Of a DNA stretch of 64,000 nt, positions 10,126 to 20,501 are shown in pieces (position 1 is the stretch's first letter; each line of letters begins with the position of its first letter). Under the pieces are notes generated by a model. The model was given only the letters and a program-made list of their open reading frames with translations. It had not been told where the DNA came from and did not search any database. This DNA is from an uncultured Roseburia sp. Its GTDB lineage: Bacteria; Bacillota; Clostridia; Lachnospirales; Lachnospiraceae. The translations under genes and the position numbers were made by a program. The stretch is taken from positions 363-64,362 of the forward strand of contig CAKREH010000019.1 of NCBI GenBank assembly GCA_934317215.1. The letters run 5' to 3'.

Positions 10126-11053
10126 AACAGCTTTTCCCCTCTCTTTTATCCTTGCAGGGCAGCTTCCCCGCCTGATACATTTCTTCTATGATTCCCTGAT
10201 AGTCGATCCCCGCAAGGACTGCATATTTCAGCTGCTGTATCACAGAAGCGCGCATTACCGCCGAGCAGTGCATATCTGCGCTTAACTTCTGTGCAAACTC
10301 CAATACCTCTTCCAGTTCTTTCCGATTCTGCCGTTTTTTTGTCTCATCGATTTTCACCAGATCATCCAGGTAACTCCTGATTTCAGGAACCGCGCCCTCA
10401 ATGCTCTGTTTCAGCATTTCTGCTGACAGATCCTGTACGTTTCCCTCATCTGTCACAACTTTTAAAAATGACATCTGATGCGGGTTGAAAAAATATGCTC
10501 CTGCCTGATATATCGAAGATGCTTCCATATCATAAAGGAAACCCTCTGCCGCATTGTTTTTTATGGCAGTTTCGTTTTTTTTCATTAATTCCGTTCTGTT
10601 TTCTGTACGATAAGGCATTGCCCCTGTCACAATTTCCGCTTCCATAAATGGATGTCTGTATAAAATATCCGGGTAAAATGTGCGCCCTGTCACATGTTCC
10701 GTGATCTTTTTGCACAGATACACTATTCTTACCCTTATATTCCTGCAAATTCCGCCTGCAGTTTCTTTTTCTGAAATATTCTTATGAGTTTCATCTGATC
10801 CATTTTTTGCGGAAACCCACGCACATGTCCCGATATTAACCAGAAAATCCTCCGGCTGCGGAGTGTTCTTCGTACAGATTCTCGCCACAGCTGCCGCCGC
10901 TGCATTCATCCCGCATCCTGTTACTGTAAGCAAAATTTGTTTTTCTTCATCAAAAAAGACAGGAAAACAAGTTTCATCTGTCTTTTTTTTCAATCCATAT
11001 TCACGAATCAATGGTTCTGCCTCGTGGTACAAAGCACTAAATATATATATCAT
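10097..11053 (-). CDS. nucleoside phosphorylase / MTA-SAH nucleosidase-like protein (PNP_UDP_1 fold) with a ~90-aa C-terminal extension
   Basis: N-terminus MIYIFSALYHEAEPLI, then TGCGMNAAAAAV and YDMEASSIYQAG, resembling MTAN motifs. The 3' end overlaps the radical SAM gene by 29 nt. Confidence 0.6.
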   Translation of the reverse strand: MIYIFSALYHEAEPLIREYGLKKKTDETCFPVFFDEEKQILLTVTGCGMNAAAAAVARICTKNTPQPEDFLVNIGTCAWVSAKNGSDETHKNISEKETAGGICRNIRVRIVYLCKKITEHVTGRTFYPDILYRHPFMEAEIVTGAMPYRTENRTELMKKNETAIKNNAAEGFLYDMEASSIYQAGAYFFNPHQMSFLKVVTDEGNVQDLSAEMLKQSIEGAVPEIRSYLDDLVKIDETKKRQNRKELEEVLEFAQKLSADMHCSAVMRASVIQQLKYAVLAGIDYQGIIEEMYQAGKLPCKDKREGKSCFEELGRKLL

Positions 11054-11103
11054 AACAACTCATCCTGACAATGTAACTGTCACTGTCTTAAAATTCCTGT
11101 TTT

Positions 11104-11544
11104 CTACGCTTTTCCGGTACTTCCGATACCACCGCGGTTTTCATTGCCAAGTGTATCTGTCTCCTCAAAACGGATGACCGGCTGATGTTTCTGGATCCGG
11201 AACTGACAGATGCGGTCATTGACATTGATCTCCGTATCACGCACTGCAAGCGCCGGCATCATCCACACATCATCATCTCCGCAGTAGCTTTCATCTACAA
11301 CGCCCATATGGTTTGTCTGAATGATTCCAAAATTCTTGTAGGTAGAACTTCTCGGTACAATGACTGCCTCATACCCTGCCGGAAGCTGCATGGACACGCC
11401 AAGTTTGATTAATTTAAATTCGCCTTTTTTTAATACAACGTGTTCCGCTGAACGAAGATCGATCCAGTCACTTTTTCCGTCAATATAGGTAAGTTTTTCT
11501 ATTTCGTTTGAATGATATTTAATTCTGATTGTCTGCTGCTCCAT
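11104..11544 (-). CDS. dut: dUTP diphosphatase
   Basis: 146 aa with a trimeric dUTPase-like pattern ([19 protein letters not shown]-terminal GGIGSTG). Confidence 0.8.
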   Translation of the reverse strand: MEQQTIRIKYHSNEIEKLTYIDGKSDWIDLRSAEHVVLKKGEFKLIKLGVSMQLPAGYEAVIVPRSSTYKNFGIIQTNHMGVVDESYCGDDDVWMMPALAVRDTEINVNDRICQFRIQKHQPVIRFEETDTLGNENRGGIGSTGKA

Positions 11545-11556
11545 TTTTTCTCCTGT

Positions 11557-12570
11557 CTATTCTGACCACTCTAAACTGCTGTGCTCTTCTCTGCGGTCAC
11601 GCATCATCAGCTCGCGTACTGCGTCTTTTGCCGGTTTGTTGTCAAACAGAACGTGATTGATCTCCTCGATGATCGGCATATTCACTTCGTATTTTCCCGC
11701 AAGCGCGATCGCTGCTTTTGCGGAATAAACACCCTCAACAACCATCTTTACCTCATCCATCGCCTGTTTCATCGTATATCCCTGTCCCATCAGCATACCG
11801 GCTTTGCGGTTTCTGGAATGTTTGCTCTCACAGGTTACGATCAGATCACCGATACCGGTCAGACCATTTAATGTCTCTGCACTTGCTCCCATTTTGATCG
11901 CAAGTCTGCTGATCTCGGATATACCGCGTGTGATCAATGCTGCCTTGGTATTATCTCCGTACCCAAGTCCGTCTGCCATACCGGCTGCAAGCGCGATCAC
12001 ATTCTTTAAGGATCCGCCAAGTTCCATTCCAAGTACATCCGGACTTGTGTAGACACGGAATACTTCATTCATAAAAATATCCTGTATACCCTCAGCCACG
12101 GATTTCTTTCTCGCGCCAGCAACGACGGTTGTCGGAAGCCCGATCCCGACTTCCTCCGCATGGCTCGGTCCGCACATCACTGCCACATCAGCAGCAGGGA
12201 TCTCCTGTTCCACGATATCGGAAAGTGTCATAAGGGTCTCTTCCTCGATCCCTTTTGCCACGCACACGATCACCTGTCCTTTTTTTACAAAAGGCGCCAT
12301 GGATTTTGCCGTGCTTCTCGTAAAAACAGACGGCACCGCAAGGATCAGATAATCTTTTCCCTCGATCGCCTCTTTTAAATCTGTGGTAAATGTAATGCCC
12401 TCCGGTAATTTCACTCCCGGAAGTTTATCTACATGCTCGTGTTTTTCACGGAGCATCTGTATCTCCTGCTCCACGATCGACCAAACTGTCACATCGTTTC
12501 CATTTGTATGTAATACCAGAGAAAGTGCTGTACCCCAGCTTCCTGCACCGATAACCGCTGTCTTTGCCAT
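11557..12570 (-). CDS. gpsA: NAD(P)H-dependent glycerol-3-phosphate dehydrogenase
   Basis: MAKTAVIGAGSWGTALS Rossmann N-terminus, GSLKNVIALAAG and NRKAG motifs. der-plsY-gpsA synteny. Confidence 0.95.
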   Translation of the reverse strand: MAKTAVIGAGSWGTALSLVLHTNGNDVTVWSIVEQEIQMLREKHEHVDKLPGVKLPEGITFTTDLKEAIEGKDYLILAVPSVFTRSTAKSMAPFVKKGQVIVCVAKGIEEETLMTLSDIVEQEIPAADVAVMCGPSHAEEVGIGLPTTVVAGARKKSVAEGIQDIFMNEVFRVYTSPDVLGMELGGSLKNVIALAAGMADGLGYGDNTKAALITRGISEISRLAIKMGASAETLNGLTGIGDLIVTCESKHSRNRKAGMLMGQGYTMKQAMDEVKMVVEGVYSAKAAIALAGKYEVNMPIIEEINHVLFDNKPAKDAVRELMMRDRREEHSSLEWSE

Positions 12571-12583
12571 GCTGTCATTCCTC

Positions 12584-13228
12584 CTAATTCTTTTTCATTC
12601 CAAATTTGTTTTCCGTTCCGGTAAGCAGACGCTTAATATTTGCTTTGTGTCTCCACAATGCCATCGCGGTGAAACATGCGCTGACAATATAAAACTCCGG
12701 CAGATATGCCGCATCCACATGAAGATATCCCATGTGTCCGAAAATCAGCACCTGGATCAGATAGCTTGTTACAACCAGGATAGAACCTAACGATACATAT
12801 CTCGTGACCGCGATCGATCCGATAAACAGGATCAGGCAGATCGGCGCCGCAAGCGGACACACCGCAAGGATCACGCCCGATGTACACGCGATTCCCTTTC
12901 CGCCATTAAATTTGAGATAAAACGGGAAGTTGTGTCCCAAAACGGCTCCGAATCCCGCGTAAAGTTCTAAGATTTTGATTGCATCCGGATATTTTCCGAT
13001 AAAAATGAAACGGATCAGAAGCACTGCAAAAATAGCCTTGAACAGATCCCCCAAAAAAGTGATAAGACCTGCCTTCCAGCCTAACACGCGCAGCGTATTG
13101 GTCGTTCCGGCATTGCCGCTGCCCTGCGTCCTGATATCCACGCCATGCTTTTCTCCATAAATATATCCTGTCTGGAATAATCCAAAACAATACCCCACTG
13201 CCACTGCTATGATTCTTGCCCCAAGCAT
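12584..13228 (-). CDS. plsY: glycerol-3-phosphate acyltransferase PlsY
   Basis: Multi-TM, 214 aa, with GSGNAGTTN and FKGGKG motifs. Confidence 0.95.
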   Translation of the reverse strand: MLGARIIAVAVGYCFGLFQTGYIYGEKHGVDIRTQGSGNAGTTNTLRVLGWKAGLITFLGDLFKAIFAVLLIRFIFIGKYPDAIKILELYAGFGAVLGHNFPFYLKFNGGKGIACTSGVILAVCPLAAPICLILFIGSIAVTRYVSLGSILVVTSYLIQVLIFGHMGYLHVDAAYLPEFYIVSACFTAMALWRHKANIKRLLTGTENKFGMKKN

Positions 13229-14553
13229 TACTGTTCTTCCTTCCTCTCACGAATGATAAATTTTAACGCCGTTCCACGGAATCCAAATGTATCACGGATG
13301 CGATTTTCCAGATAACGGGTATAGGAAAAATGCATCAGTTCTTTGTCATTGACAAAAATAACAAATGTCGGTGGTTTTACTGCAACCTGTGTGGTATAGT
13401 AGATCTTTAAACGTTTTCCTTTATCTGAAGGCGGCTGCTGCATTGCCACTGCCTCCGCAACGATCTCATTTAAGACACCCGTTGCAACACGCATACTGTT
13501 ATTTTCAATGACAAGATCGATCATGTCAAACAGTTTATTTAAGCGCTGTCCTGATTTTGCAGAGATAAACAAAATTTCTGCATATGGCATAAAGCTTAAG
13601 ATCTGACGGATCTTCTCCGTATGGCGGTAGATCGTCTTATCGTCTTTTTCAATGGCATCCCATTTATTGACCGCAATGATAATACCTTTTCCACGTTCAT
13701 GGGCGATTCCTGCGATCTTCGCATCCTGCTCAGTCACGCCCTCGGTCGCATCGATCACAATAATACATACATCGGCACGCTCCACTGCTGTAACGGCACG
13801 GATGATGCTGTAACGCTCGATTTCTTCCTTGATCTTATTCTTGCGGCGAAGTCCCGCCGTGTCAATAAACACGTATTCTTTTCCATTGTAACGGATATCC
13901 GTATCGATCGCATCACGGGTCGTACCTGCAATGTCAGATACGATCACACGGTCTTCCTGTGCCAGCTTATTGATCAGGGATGACTTTCCAACATTCGGCT
14001 TTCCGATGATCGCAACCTTTGGTCTCTCATCCTCCACCTCATCTTTGTTGTATTCCGGGAAATTCTTTACCACCTCGTCAAGCATATCCCCAAGACCTAA
14101 CATGGAAGATGCTGAGATTGGAAACGGATCACCGATACCCAGATTATAAAACTCATACACATCCGGCATAAATTTTTCAAAACTGTCCACTTTATTGACT
14201 ACTAAAACGACCGGCTTTCCGGAACGTCGCAGCATATCTGCCACCTTGGAATCCGAATCCTGAAGTCCCTGTCTCACGTCTGTCAAAAAGATGATCACAT
14301 CCGCGGTTGCGATCGCAATCTCCGCCTGCTCACGCATCTGGGATAAAATAATATCTTTACTATCCGGTTCAATACCACCGGTATCGATCATGGTAAAATG
14401 ATAATCCAGCCAGGTCACATCCGCATAAATCCTGTCTCTGGTCACGCCCGGCGTATCCTTTACGATGGAAATCCGCTCGCCTGCAAGCACATTAAACAAT
14501 GTCGATTTTCCAACATTTGGACGACCCACGATCGCCACTACGGGTTTACTCAT
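13228..14553 (-). CDS. der: ribosome biogenesis GTPase Der (EngA)
   Basis: Two GTPase domains (GRPNVGKST and GKPNVGKSS) plus a KH-like C-terminus. ATG 14553 ([10 protein letters not shown]) follows a GGAG SD. ORF-track start 14580 is probably an over-extension. Confidence 0.95.
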   Translation of the reverse strand: MSKPVVAIVGRPNVGKSTLFNVLAGERISIVKDTPGVTRDRIYADVTWLDYHFTMIDTGGIEPDSKDIILSQMREQAEIAIATADVIIFLTDVRQGLQDSDSKVADMLRRSGKPVVLVVNKVDSFEKFMPDVYEFYNLGIGDPFPISASSMLGLGDMLDEVVKNFPEYNKDEVEDERPKVAIIGKPNVGKSSLINKLAQEDRVIVSDIAGTTRDAIDTDIRYNGKEYVFIDTAGLRRKNKIKEEIERYSIIRAVTAVERADVCIIVIDATEGVTEQDAKIAGIAHERGKGIIIAVNKWDAIEKDDKTIYRHTEKIRQILSFMPYAEILFISAKSGQRLNKLFDMIDLVIENNSMRVATGVLNEIVAEAVAMQQPPSDKGKRLKIYYTTQVAVKPPTFVIFVNDKELMHFSYTRYLENRIRDTFGFRGTALKFIIRERKEEQ

Positions 14554-14706
14554 AATTTCCTGTACTCCTTTTATTCTCAAATCTCATTCACTTCATGAGC
14601 GGCTGATACCACGCTCTGAACATTATTTTGATTTTACAATATCCTGTGGTTCTTGTAAAGATATTTTCCATTCCGGGCTTTTGCAGAACATTTCACGAAT
14701 TTTTAT

Positions 14707-16638
14707 TTATTCCGTCACATCTGTCCTTTTCTGAATTTCATCGAGCTCATCATAATTATACAGATGCCAGTTATCATTAATCACACCCATCTTTTCCAAT
14801 GCTTTTACTGTATTTTCACATTTTGGTCCAAACTGGATATAACTGCTGCCGGATGCATCGCCAGCCACAGCATTATCATTTCGCGCATTCCGGTAATCAT
14901 AATAATTATAATAGTAATCCCAGGTCTGGTAATCATTTCCTTTTCCATAATAGGAAATCGAAAATGAATTGGTATACATCTCGTCCTGTCCATCCTTATA
15001 AACCGCCGGGAGCTGATAATAATCAAAATTCCCCTCTCTTACATCCTGTTCAACAGCGTCCCTCAGAATGGTGCTTTCCTGTCTGGAGAATGTATATGCA
15101 TCCGATTCCCCATTCTCCTTATAGACGGTTAAATACCCAGAGTAATAATCATTTTCTTTATATCTGTTTCCAAGAATCTGTTTCATCATATTATCCGGAT
15201 CCGTCTCCAAAGCAGACAGTTTATATGCAACTGAATTTTTGTCTTTTAATGCTGCGTCCGTAACGGAAACCGGATATCTCCGCTCAAACATAGAGCCATC
15301 CTTCATATAATACCGGAACGACGTGTAATAATAATTTTTGCCTTTTTTATAGACGGATAAATATTCATCCTTGCTGTCAATGCACTGTTTCTGTAATTCC
15401 AGTACTTCCGGTATCTGCTCTTTTAAAACATAAACCGGATAATCCATATTTACAAATGCTGCTTCAATCTCAGATGCATCCGGGATTTTGCGTTCAATAC
15501 CAAATACATCCAAACGGAAACAAGTCAGTAATATCAGCACAACTGCTGCAAAGCCAGCCCACTCTGCAATTCTTTTTTTACATAGTACCCGGAAATTTTT
15601 CTGGAGGATCATTTCCGCTGCAAAAAAACAAATACTGCCAAAAATGACCATAAAAATCATAAGGCAGGCAAACTCATTCATTTTTATATACTCAAGCAGC
15701 AGCGTAGATACGGCAAGTGCAGTCAACCCACCGCCGCAGATACCGGAAATCCAGCGGAACACCGGTTTTAAAGCAGTAATACTGACCACATCTCCCGCTG
15801 TTTCAATCTTATGGTTTTTATATAGAAGATACGCAAATACCGTGATCACAACTGCCGCCACCGCATAGACTGCAGCCACATTTCCTCCACTGATCGTAAC
15901 TCCGACCGCCTGCACATAATCCTTATCATATTTTACTCCCATTTTCATATTTCGAAACAGGTAATCAAGCGGCGAGAGTATACTCGATGGATTCGATGTC
16001 CATGTATCCGATATGCCATAGCAGATCAGACTCGAAATATTCTGCACCATCTTCATACAGCCGATCCATAGATAATTAACTGCCAGATAATAAAACGGCA
16101 TGGCAAAAATATTTCCCGTCAGCATAGCCACGAATACAGCGAGTGCATACGCAAAAAAAGATACCCCCGCAATATCCATAAACCAGAAAAATACATACTG
16201 GATACAGGTGATCTGATTTGCCAGGCACACCAGCACACCGGCAATAAATGCGATCAACTCCGGGACGATCAAAAAAACAAATCCAGAAACATAATTTGTA
16301 ATATAAAGTTCATGCCTGTCTAACGGCAGTGAATGTATCATATTCGCATTTCTTGGATTATATAAATAAGAAAATACTGCAAGTGCCGCTGCCGCCGCCG
16401 CAATAAAAACCGGTATCACAGAACCTGCTCCTGCCAATACCGAACCTATCACATAAAACTGTTTCTGCACAAGCGGAACGTTGTTCCCGAAATAACTACC
16501 CTCATTATTTGAATAAAGCCAGATACTAAGCGGCACTACCACGATCAAATAGCACAGGTATACAATCCAGATCGGCCAGTAATGTGTAAGATTCTTCTTA
16601 AATATTGTTGTATTAAAAGAGGATGTCTTTGACTTCAT
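14707..16638 (-). CDS. large ABC transporter permease-like membrane protein with a C-terminal soluble domain
   Basis: About 10 predicted TM segments, then a ~250-aa Tyr/Asn/Asp-rich domain. ATG 16638 follows GGAGGTG and overlaps the ATPase gene 3' end. Confidence 0.6.
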   Translation of the reverse strand: MKSKTSSFNTTIFKKNLTHYWPIWIVYLCYLIVVVPLSIWLYSNNEGSYFGNNVPLVQKQFYVIGSVLAGAGSVIPVFIAAAAAALAVFSYLYNPRNANMIHSLPLDRHELYITNYVSGFVFLIVPELIAFIAGVLVCLANQITCIQYVFFWFMDIAGVSFFAYALAVFVAMLTGNIFAMPFYYLAVNYLWIGCMKMVQNISSLICYGISDTWTSNPSSILSPLDYLFRNMKMGVKYDKDYVQAVGVTISGGNVAAVYAVAAVVITVFAYLLYKNHKIETAGDVVSITALKPVFRWISGICGGGLTALAVSTLLLEYIKMNEFACLMIFMVIFGSICFFAAEMILQKNFRVLCKKRIAEWAGFAAVVLILLTCFRLDVFGIERKIPDASEIEAAFVNMDYPVYVLKEQIPEVLELQKQCIDSKDEYLSVYKKGKNYYYTSFRYYMKDGSMFERRYPVSVTDAALKDKNSVAYKLSALETDPDNMMKQILGNRYKENDYYSGYLTVYKENGESDAYTFSRQESTILRDAVEQDVREGNFDYYQLPAVYKDGQDEMYTNSFSISYYGKGNDYQTWDYYYNYYDYRNARNDNAVAGDASGSSYIQFGPKCENTVKALEKMGVINDNWHLYNYDELDEIQKRTDVTE

Positions 16639-17512
16639 AATCAGCACCTCCCATTTCATAGATAAATATTTCTTCTAATGTCAGTGGAAGGACATCCACG
16701 ATTGCCGGATTTGCTGCCGCTAAAGCTTTTTTGGCATCTTCCGGATCTCCTTTTACAATAAGTGTGTATACACGTCCTGTATTAGACATATGAAGAACTT
16801 CAAATTCTTCCGGCAGTTTCGGCACACCATTCTGACAGGCAACCTGGATTTTTGACACACTGCCCTGCAGGTCACTTAAAGACCTCTCGATCATGATCGT
16901 TCCCTGATGCATAATGCCGACATGATCACAGACATCCTCTAATTCTCTTAAATTATGGGACGATACTAAAACCGTCATCTGGCTTTCCGCAACTTCCGAC
17001 ATGATAATACTCCAGATCTGTCTGCGCATGACCGGATCAAGACCATCCACCGGCTCATCTAAAATCATCAGTTCCGGCTTTGCGCAAATTGCAAGCCAGA
17101 ATGCAACCTGTTTCTGCATTCCCTTTGACAGACGGCGAATACTCCTTTTTACATCGATATTCGGAAAAAATTCCTGCAGACGATAAAAAAGTTTTTCATC
17201 GAACGCAGGATAGATTCCCTGATAAAAACGCTTCATTTCCATCGTATCTGCCTGTATAAAATAAAATATTTCGTCCGGAATATAAGAAAATTCAGCCTTT
17301 ACCTTTTTATTCTCATACACCGGTTCCCCTGCAATGAGAACTTCCCCCGCATCCGGTTTATATACCCCTGTAATGTGACGGATCAGTGTCGATTTTCCCG
17401 CTCCATTTGGTCCGACTAACCCATAGATCGCACCTTTTTCCACATGCATATCCACACCTTGCAGGGCACGAAACCCCTCAAAAGATTTTTCCAGATGATT
17501 TACCTGTATCAT
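16613..17512 (-). CDS. ABC transporter ATP-binding protein
   Basis: Walker A GPNGAGKST, signature LSKGMQKQ, Walker B LMILDEP. ATGA overlap with the GntR gene. Confidence 0.9.
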   Translation of the reverse strand: MIQVNHLEKSFEGFRALQGVDMHVEKGAIYGLVGPNGAGKSTLIRHITGVYKPDAGEVLIAGEPVYENKKVKAEFSYIPDEIFYFIQADTMEMKRFYQGIYPAFDEKLFYRLQEFFPNIDVKRSIRRLSKGMQKQVAFWLAICAKPELMILDEPVDGLDPVMRRQIWSIIMSEVAESQMTVLVSSHNLRELEDVCDHVGIMHQGTIMIERSLSDLQGSVSKIQVACQNGVPKLPEEFEVLHMSNTGRVYTLIVKGDPEDAKKALAAANPAIVDVLPLTLEEIFIYEMGGADYEVKDILF

Positions 17513-17883
17513 TGGTCCACCTTCCCTTCTGCCAGATTATCCATACGCTCGACCAATTCCTTTTCCTTTACAGACAAAAAAAATAATTCTTCCACGATCT
17601 CATCAAATTCTGTCAGTAACTCTTTCGCCCTCGCATCATAAACTTCTTTTCGCTCTGCAACAAAAGTTCCTTTTCCCGTGACCGTATAAATATAACCTTC
17701 ACTTTCCAAATCCCGGTATGCTTTCTGGATCGTGTTCGGATTGATTGCAAGCTTTGCAGCAAGCTCACGGACCGATGGCAGTTTTTCATCCACAGAAAGA
17801 GAATTTGATATTACAAGTTTTCTGAGTCCATCCTTGATCTGTTCGTAGATTGGTTTGGAATCACGATAATTAAGCTGTATCAA
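17509..17883 (-). CDS. GntR family (YtrA subfamily) transcriptional regulator
   Basis: 124 aa. Winged HTH (LPSVRELAAKLAINPNTIQKAYRDLESEGYIY) with a short C-terminal helical tail typical of YtrA. TTG start follows an AGGGGG SD. Confidence 0.85.
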   Translation of the reverse strand: MIQLNYRDSKPIYEQIKDGLRKLVISNSLSVDEKLPSVRELAAKLAINPNTIQKAYRDLESEGYIYTVTGKGTFVAERKEVYDARAKELLTEFDEIVEELFFLSVKEKELVERMDNLAEGKVDQ

Positions 17884-17906
17884 TCAGATACCCCCTGTCT
17901 GTACTA

Positions 17907-17931
17907 ACCGTACTATTTTCTATCATACGGT
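17907..17931 (-). promoter_or_regulatory. candidate YtrA-type operator (inverted repeat ACCGTA-N13-TACGGT)
   Basis: 6-bp inverted arms immediately downstream of the predicted -10 and overlapping the expected transcription start (TSS). Confidence 0.3.
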
Positions 17932-17932
17932 C

Positions 17933-17961
17933 ACTATAACACGGGGCATCTGCTGATACAA
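17933..17961 (-). promoter_or_regulatory. sigma-A-type promoter of the GntR-ABC operon
   Basis: Minus strand TTGTAT-17 nt-TATAGT. Confidence 0.5.
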
Positions 17962-18043
17962 TAAAGATAATCCTATGATATTATGAAGATTTTATGAAGC
18001 CTGCTCAAAATAAAGTTCCTGTAAAATTATACGGGACACCTTT

Positions 18044-19081
18044 CTAACCTAAATAAGCCCTCAATAATTCAAACGTATTCTTAACCCCGTCCTTATGGCT
18101 TCTCTCATATCCGTGGGACGCATACACTCCTGCACCGATCAGACCGTGGCGTACATCATAACCAGCCGTCAATGCCACATCAGCATCCGAACCGTAGTAT
18201 GGATAAACATCTACGGCAAAATCAAGATCGTTTTCTTTTGCAGCTTTGATCAATCCTGTGACTACGTCATAATTGTAAGGTCCCCTGCTGTCCTTTGCGC
18301 AGATGGATACCTGTGTTTCTTTACAGGTAAGTCCGTCTCCCACGCATCCCATATCCACAGAGATCACCTCCGTCACACCGTCCGGGATGGATGCCGCACC
18401 GCCGTGTCCGACTTCCTCATAGACTGTGATATGCTGGTATACCATACGGTCTGTTGTGATATTTTCTTCTTTCAAATATTTTGCGTATCCAAGTAAAATG
18501 CCAACGCTCAACTTGTCATCTAAGAAACGGCTCTTGATATAGCCGGTCTTTGTCACTATAGTACGCGGATCAAAACATACAAAATCGCCTGCCATAATGC
18601 CAAGTTTTTCTGTTTCTTCTTTGGAATCCGCTTTCTCATCAAGCACGATCTCCATCTCATCCCAGCTTCGTTTTGTGTCGCTGTAATCTCCGTTCACATG
18701 GATGGAAGCGTTCGAAAGCTGGCAGGTACCCTCAAATGTACCGGAAAATCTGGTTGCCACACGGCAGTTTTCCGCCTCCGCATTGTTGGCATTCATACCA
18801 CCGATCGGAGATACTTTTAATCTTCCGTTTGACTTAACCTCCGTTACGATCGCACCTAAGGTGTCAATATGTGCCTCTAACATCACGGCATCATCTTTAT
18901 TTTTGCCGCCCAATGCGACAAGGACACCGCCCTTTACGGTAAGTTTTGGCTCATATCCTAATGCGCGGTATTCGCCTAAGACATACTCCGCCACCTCTTT
19001 GGTGCAGCCGGACGGACTGTCGATTGCAAGAATCTTTTTTGTTTCTTCCACGATATAATCAATATAATTTTTCTTTTCCAT
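18044..19081 (-). CDS. M42 family metallopeptidase (glutamyl aminopeptidase / FrvX-like)
   Basis: 345 aa. AHIDTLGAIV, EEVGHGGA and VDMGCVGDG are characteristic of the M42 family. Confidence 0.85.
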   Translation of the reverse strand: MEKKNYIDYIVEETKKILAIDSPSGCTKEVAEYVLGEYRALGYEPKLTVKGGVLVALGGKNKDDAVMLEAHIDTLGAIVTEVKSNGRLKVSPIGGMNANNAEAENCRVATRFSGTFEGTCQLSNASIHVNGDYSDTKRSWDEMEIVLDEKADSKEETEKLGIMAGDFVCFDPRTIVTKTGYIKSRFLDDKLSVGILLGYAKYLKEENITTDRMVYQHITVYEEVGHGGAASIPDGVTEVISVDMGCVGDGLTCKETQVSICAKDSRGPYNYDVVTGLIKAAKENDLDFAVDVYPYYGSDADVALTAGYDVRHGLIGAGVYASHGYERSHKDGVKNTFELLRAYLG

Positions 19082-19161
19082 TTTTCTTTTCCTCTTCTTT
19101 TTATTCTATTCCAACGACTACTCACGTCTTTCCTTATAAAAACCGTCAGTATCCATTATAT

Positions 19162-20025
19162 TTACTCTTCTTTCAGGTAAATAAATGCACCAAGATTTCC
19201 CCGTTTTCCATGACTTGCACGATGAGAAAATAAAAGATCCGGATTACAGCAGGTGCAGATATTCGTGACTGCGATCTTTTCTTTTAAAACTCCTGCTTCT
19301 GTCAGGACGATCTCGTTCGCCCTCCAGAGATCAAGCTGGTACTTGCCATTTTTCTTATCGAGCAAAATCTCATCTGCATGCCCCGGGAACGCCTCTTTAA
19401 AAGCATCTGCGACATCCTCACTGACCTCGTAGCAGTCCTGGCAGATGGAGGGACCGATCGCACAGACTAAGTCTTCCGCTTCCGTGCCAAATTCGCGTTT
19501 CATCGCTTTGATCGTGGCTTTCCCCATTTTCCCAACCGTTCCCTTCCAGCCGGAGTGGCTCATGCCAATCGCACGGTGCACCGGATCCACAAAGTATAAC
19601 GGCACACAGTCTGCATAAAACGTCGAGAGTACAAGTCCCGGTTCGTTTGTGATCAGTCCGTCAATATCCACATAATCTCTCTCTTTTATAAGCCCTTTTC
19701 CAGCATCCTCCGCCGTCACTCTGCGCACATTTGTCGTGTGTGTCTGATCGGTAAACACAAACTTTGAAACATCTGTTTTCATTGCGCCGGCGAGCCGCCT
19801 GAAATTTTCTCTTACGGCTGCATCCTCGTCCCCGCGCGTAAAACTTAAATTCAGGGATTCATAAATCCCTTTACTCACACCACCAATCCGTGTGGTAAAA
19901 CAATGTTCTACAATGCCCGTCTGCTCAAGCAGTGGATATTTAAGGAGCGGTAATGTGCTACCCGCTCCATTTTCACACCATACTTCTTCTAACATAATGT
20001 CATTATTTTTCTTTTTTAGATTCAC
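19162..20025 (-). CDS. pgeF: peptidoglycan editing factor PgeF (YfiH/DUF152 family)
   Basis: ADCVP, HSGWKGT and CTCC...FSHR motifs. GTG start follows an AGGAAGGG SD. Confidence 0.85.
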   Translation of the reverse strand: MNLKKKNNDIMLEEVWCENGAGSTLPLLKYPLLEQTGIVEHCFTTRIGGVSKGIYESLNLSFTRGDEDAAVRENFRRLAGAMKTDVSKFVFTDQTHTTNVRRVTAEDAGKGLIKERDYVDIDGLITNEPGLVLSTFYADCVPLYFVDPVHRAIGMSHSGWKGTVGKMGKATIKAMKREFGTEAEDLVCAIGPSICQDCYEVSEDVADAFKEAFPGHADEILLDKKNGKYQLDLWRANEIVLTEAGVLKEKIAVTNICTCCNPDLLFSHRASHGKRGNLGAFIYLKEE

Positions 20026-20048
20026 ACTGTTGCCCTTCCTGTTTTTTT

Positions 20049-20393
20049 CTAAAGATACCCCTGATACTCAAACGCATTCTTTATGAGTTCCACCCCATCA
20101 CCGGACACCGCCGCAACATCAAAACGGCACGGCGTATCTGTCCCGCATCCATGGGTCAGCAGATAATAAGATGCTACTTTGCTGATCGTTCGCTGCTTTT
20201 TCCGTGTCACTGCTTCCGCCGGATGTCCACAGCTTTTGTCTCTGCGGTATTTTACCTCTACAAACACAAGGTATCCGTGATCTTTTGCAATGATGTCAAT
20301 CTCCCCCATGCGGCATCGGAAATTATATTGCAGGATTTCATATCCTTTTTCTTTTAAATATTCCCCTGCCGTCTTCTCATATGCAGTCCCCAC
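20049..20393 (-). CDS. yraN: YraN family endonuclease-like protein (UPF0102)
   Basis: 114 aa with GEIDIIAKD...VFVEVKYR, the PD-(D/E)xK-like YraN signature. Confidence 0.85.
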   Translation of the reverse strand: MGTAYEKTAGEYLKEKGYEILQYNFRCRMGEIDIIAKDHGYLVFVEVKYRRDKSCGHPAEAVTRKKQRTISKVASYYLLTHGCGTDTPCRFDVAAVSGDGVELIKNAFEYQGYL

Positions 20394-20501
20394 TGCACGT
20401 TTATTTACCCTCTCCGTATTTCTCCCCCATTTTCACATTATCTTATTTTACATTTACCCTTTTGCAAAGATACCGTAACAGGCTGCTTAAAGCGGCTCGG
20501 A

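Noticed and set aside
12633-13250. Alternative-frame minus-strand ORFs inside plsY (12633-12887, 12906-13250)
   Set aside because: They are out of frame with a clearly recognisable PlsY and lack an SD and family motifs. The many similar intragenic ORFs in the track (e.g. 774-1043, 3211-3549, 10530-10748, 37403-37849) were rejected on the same grounds.
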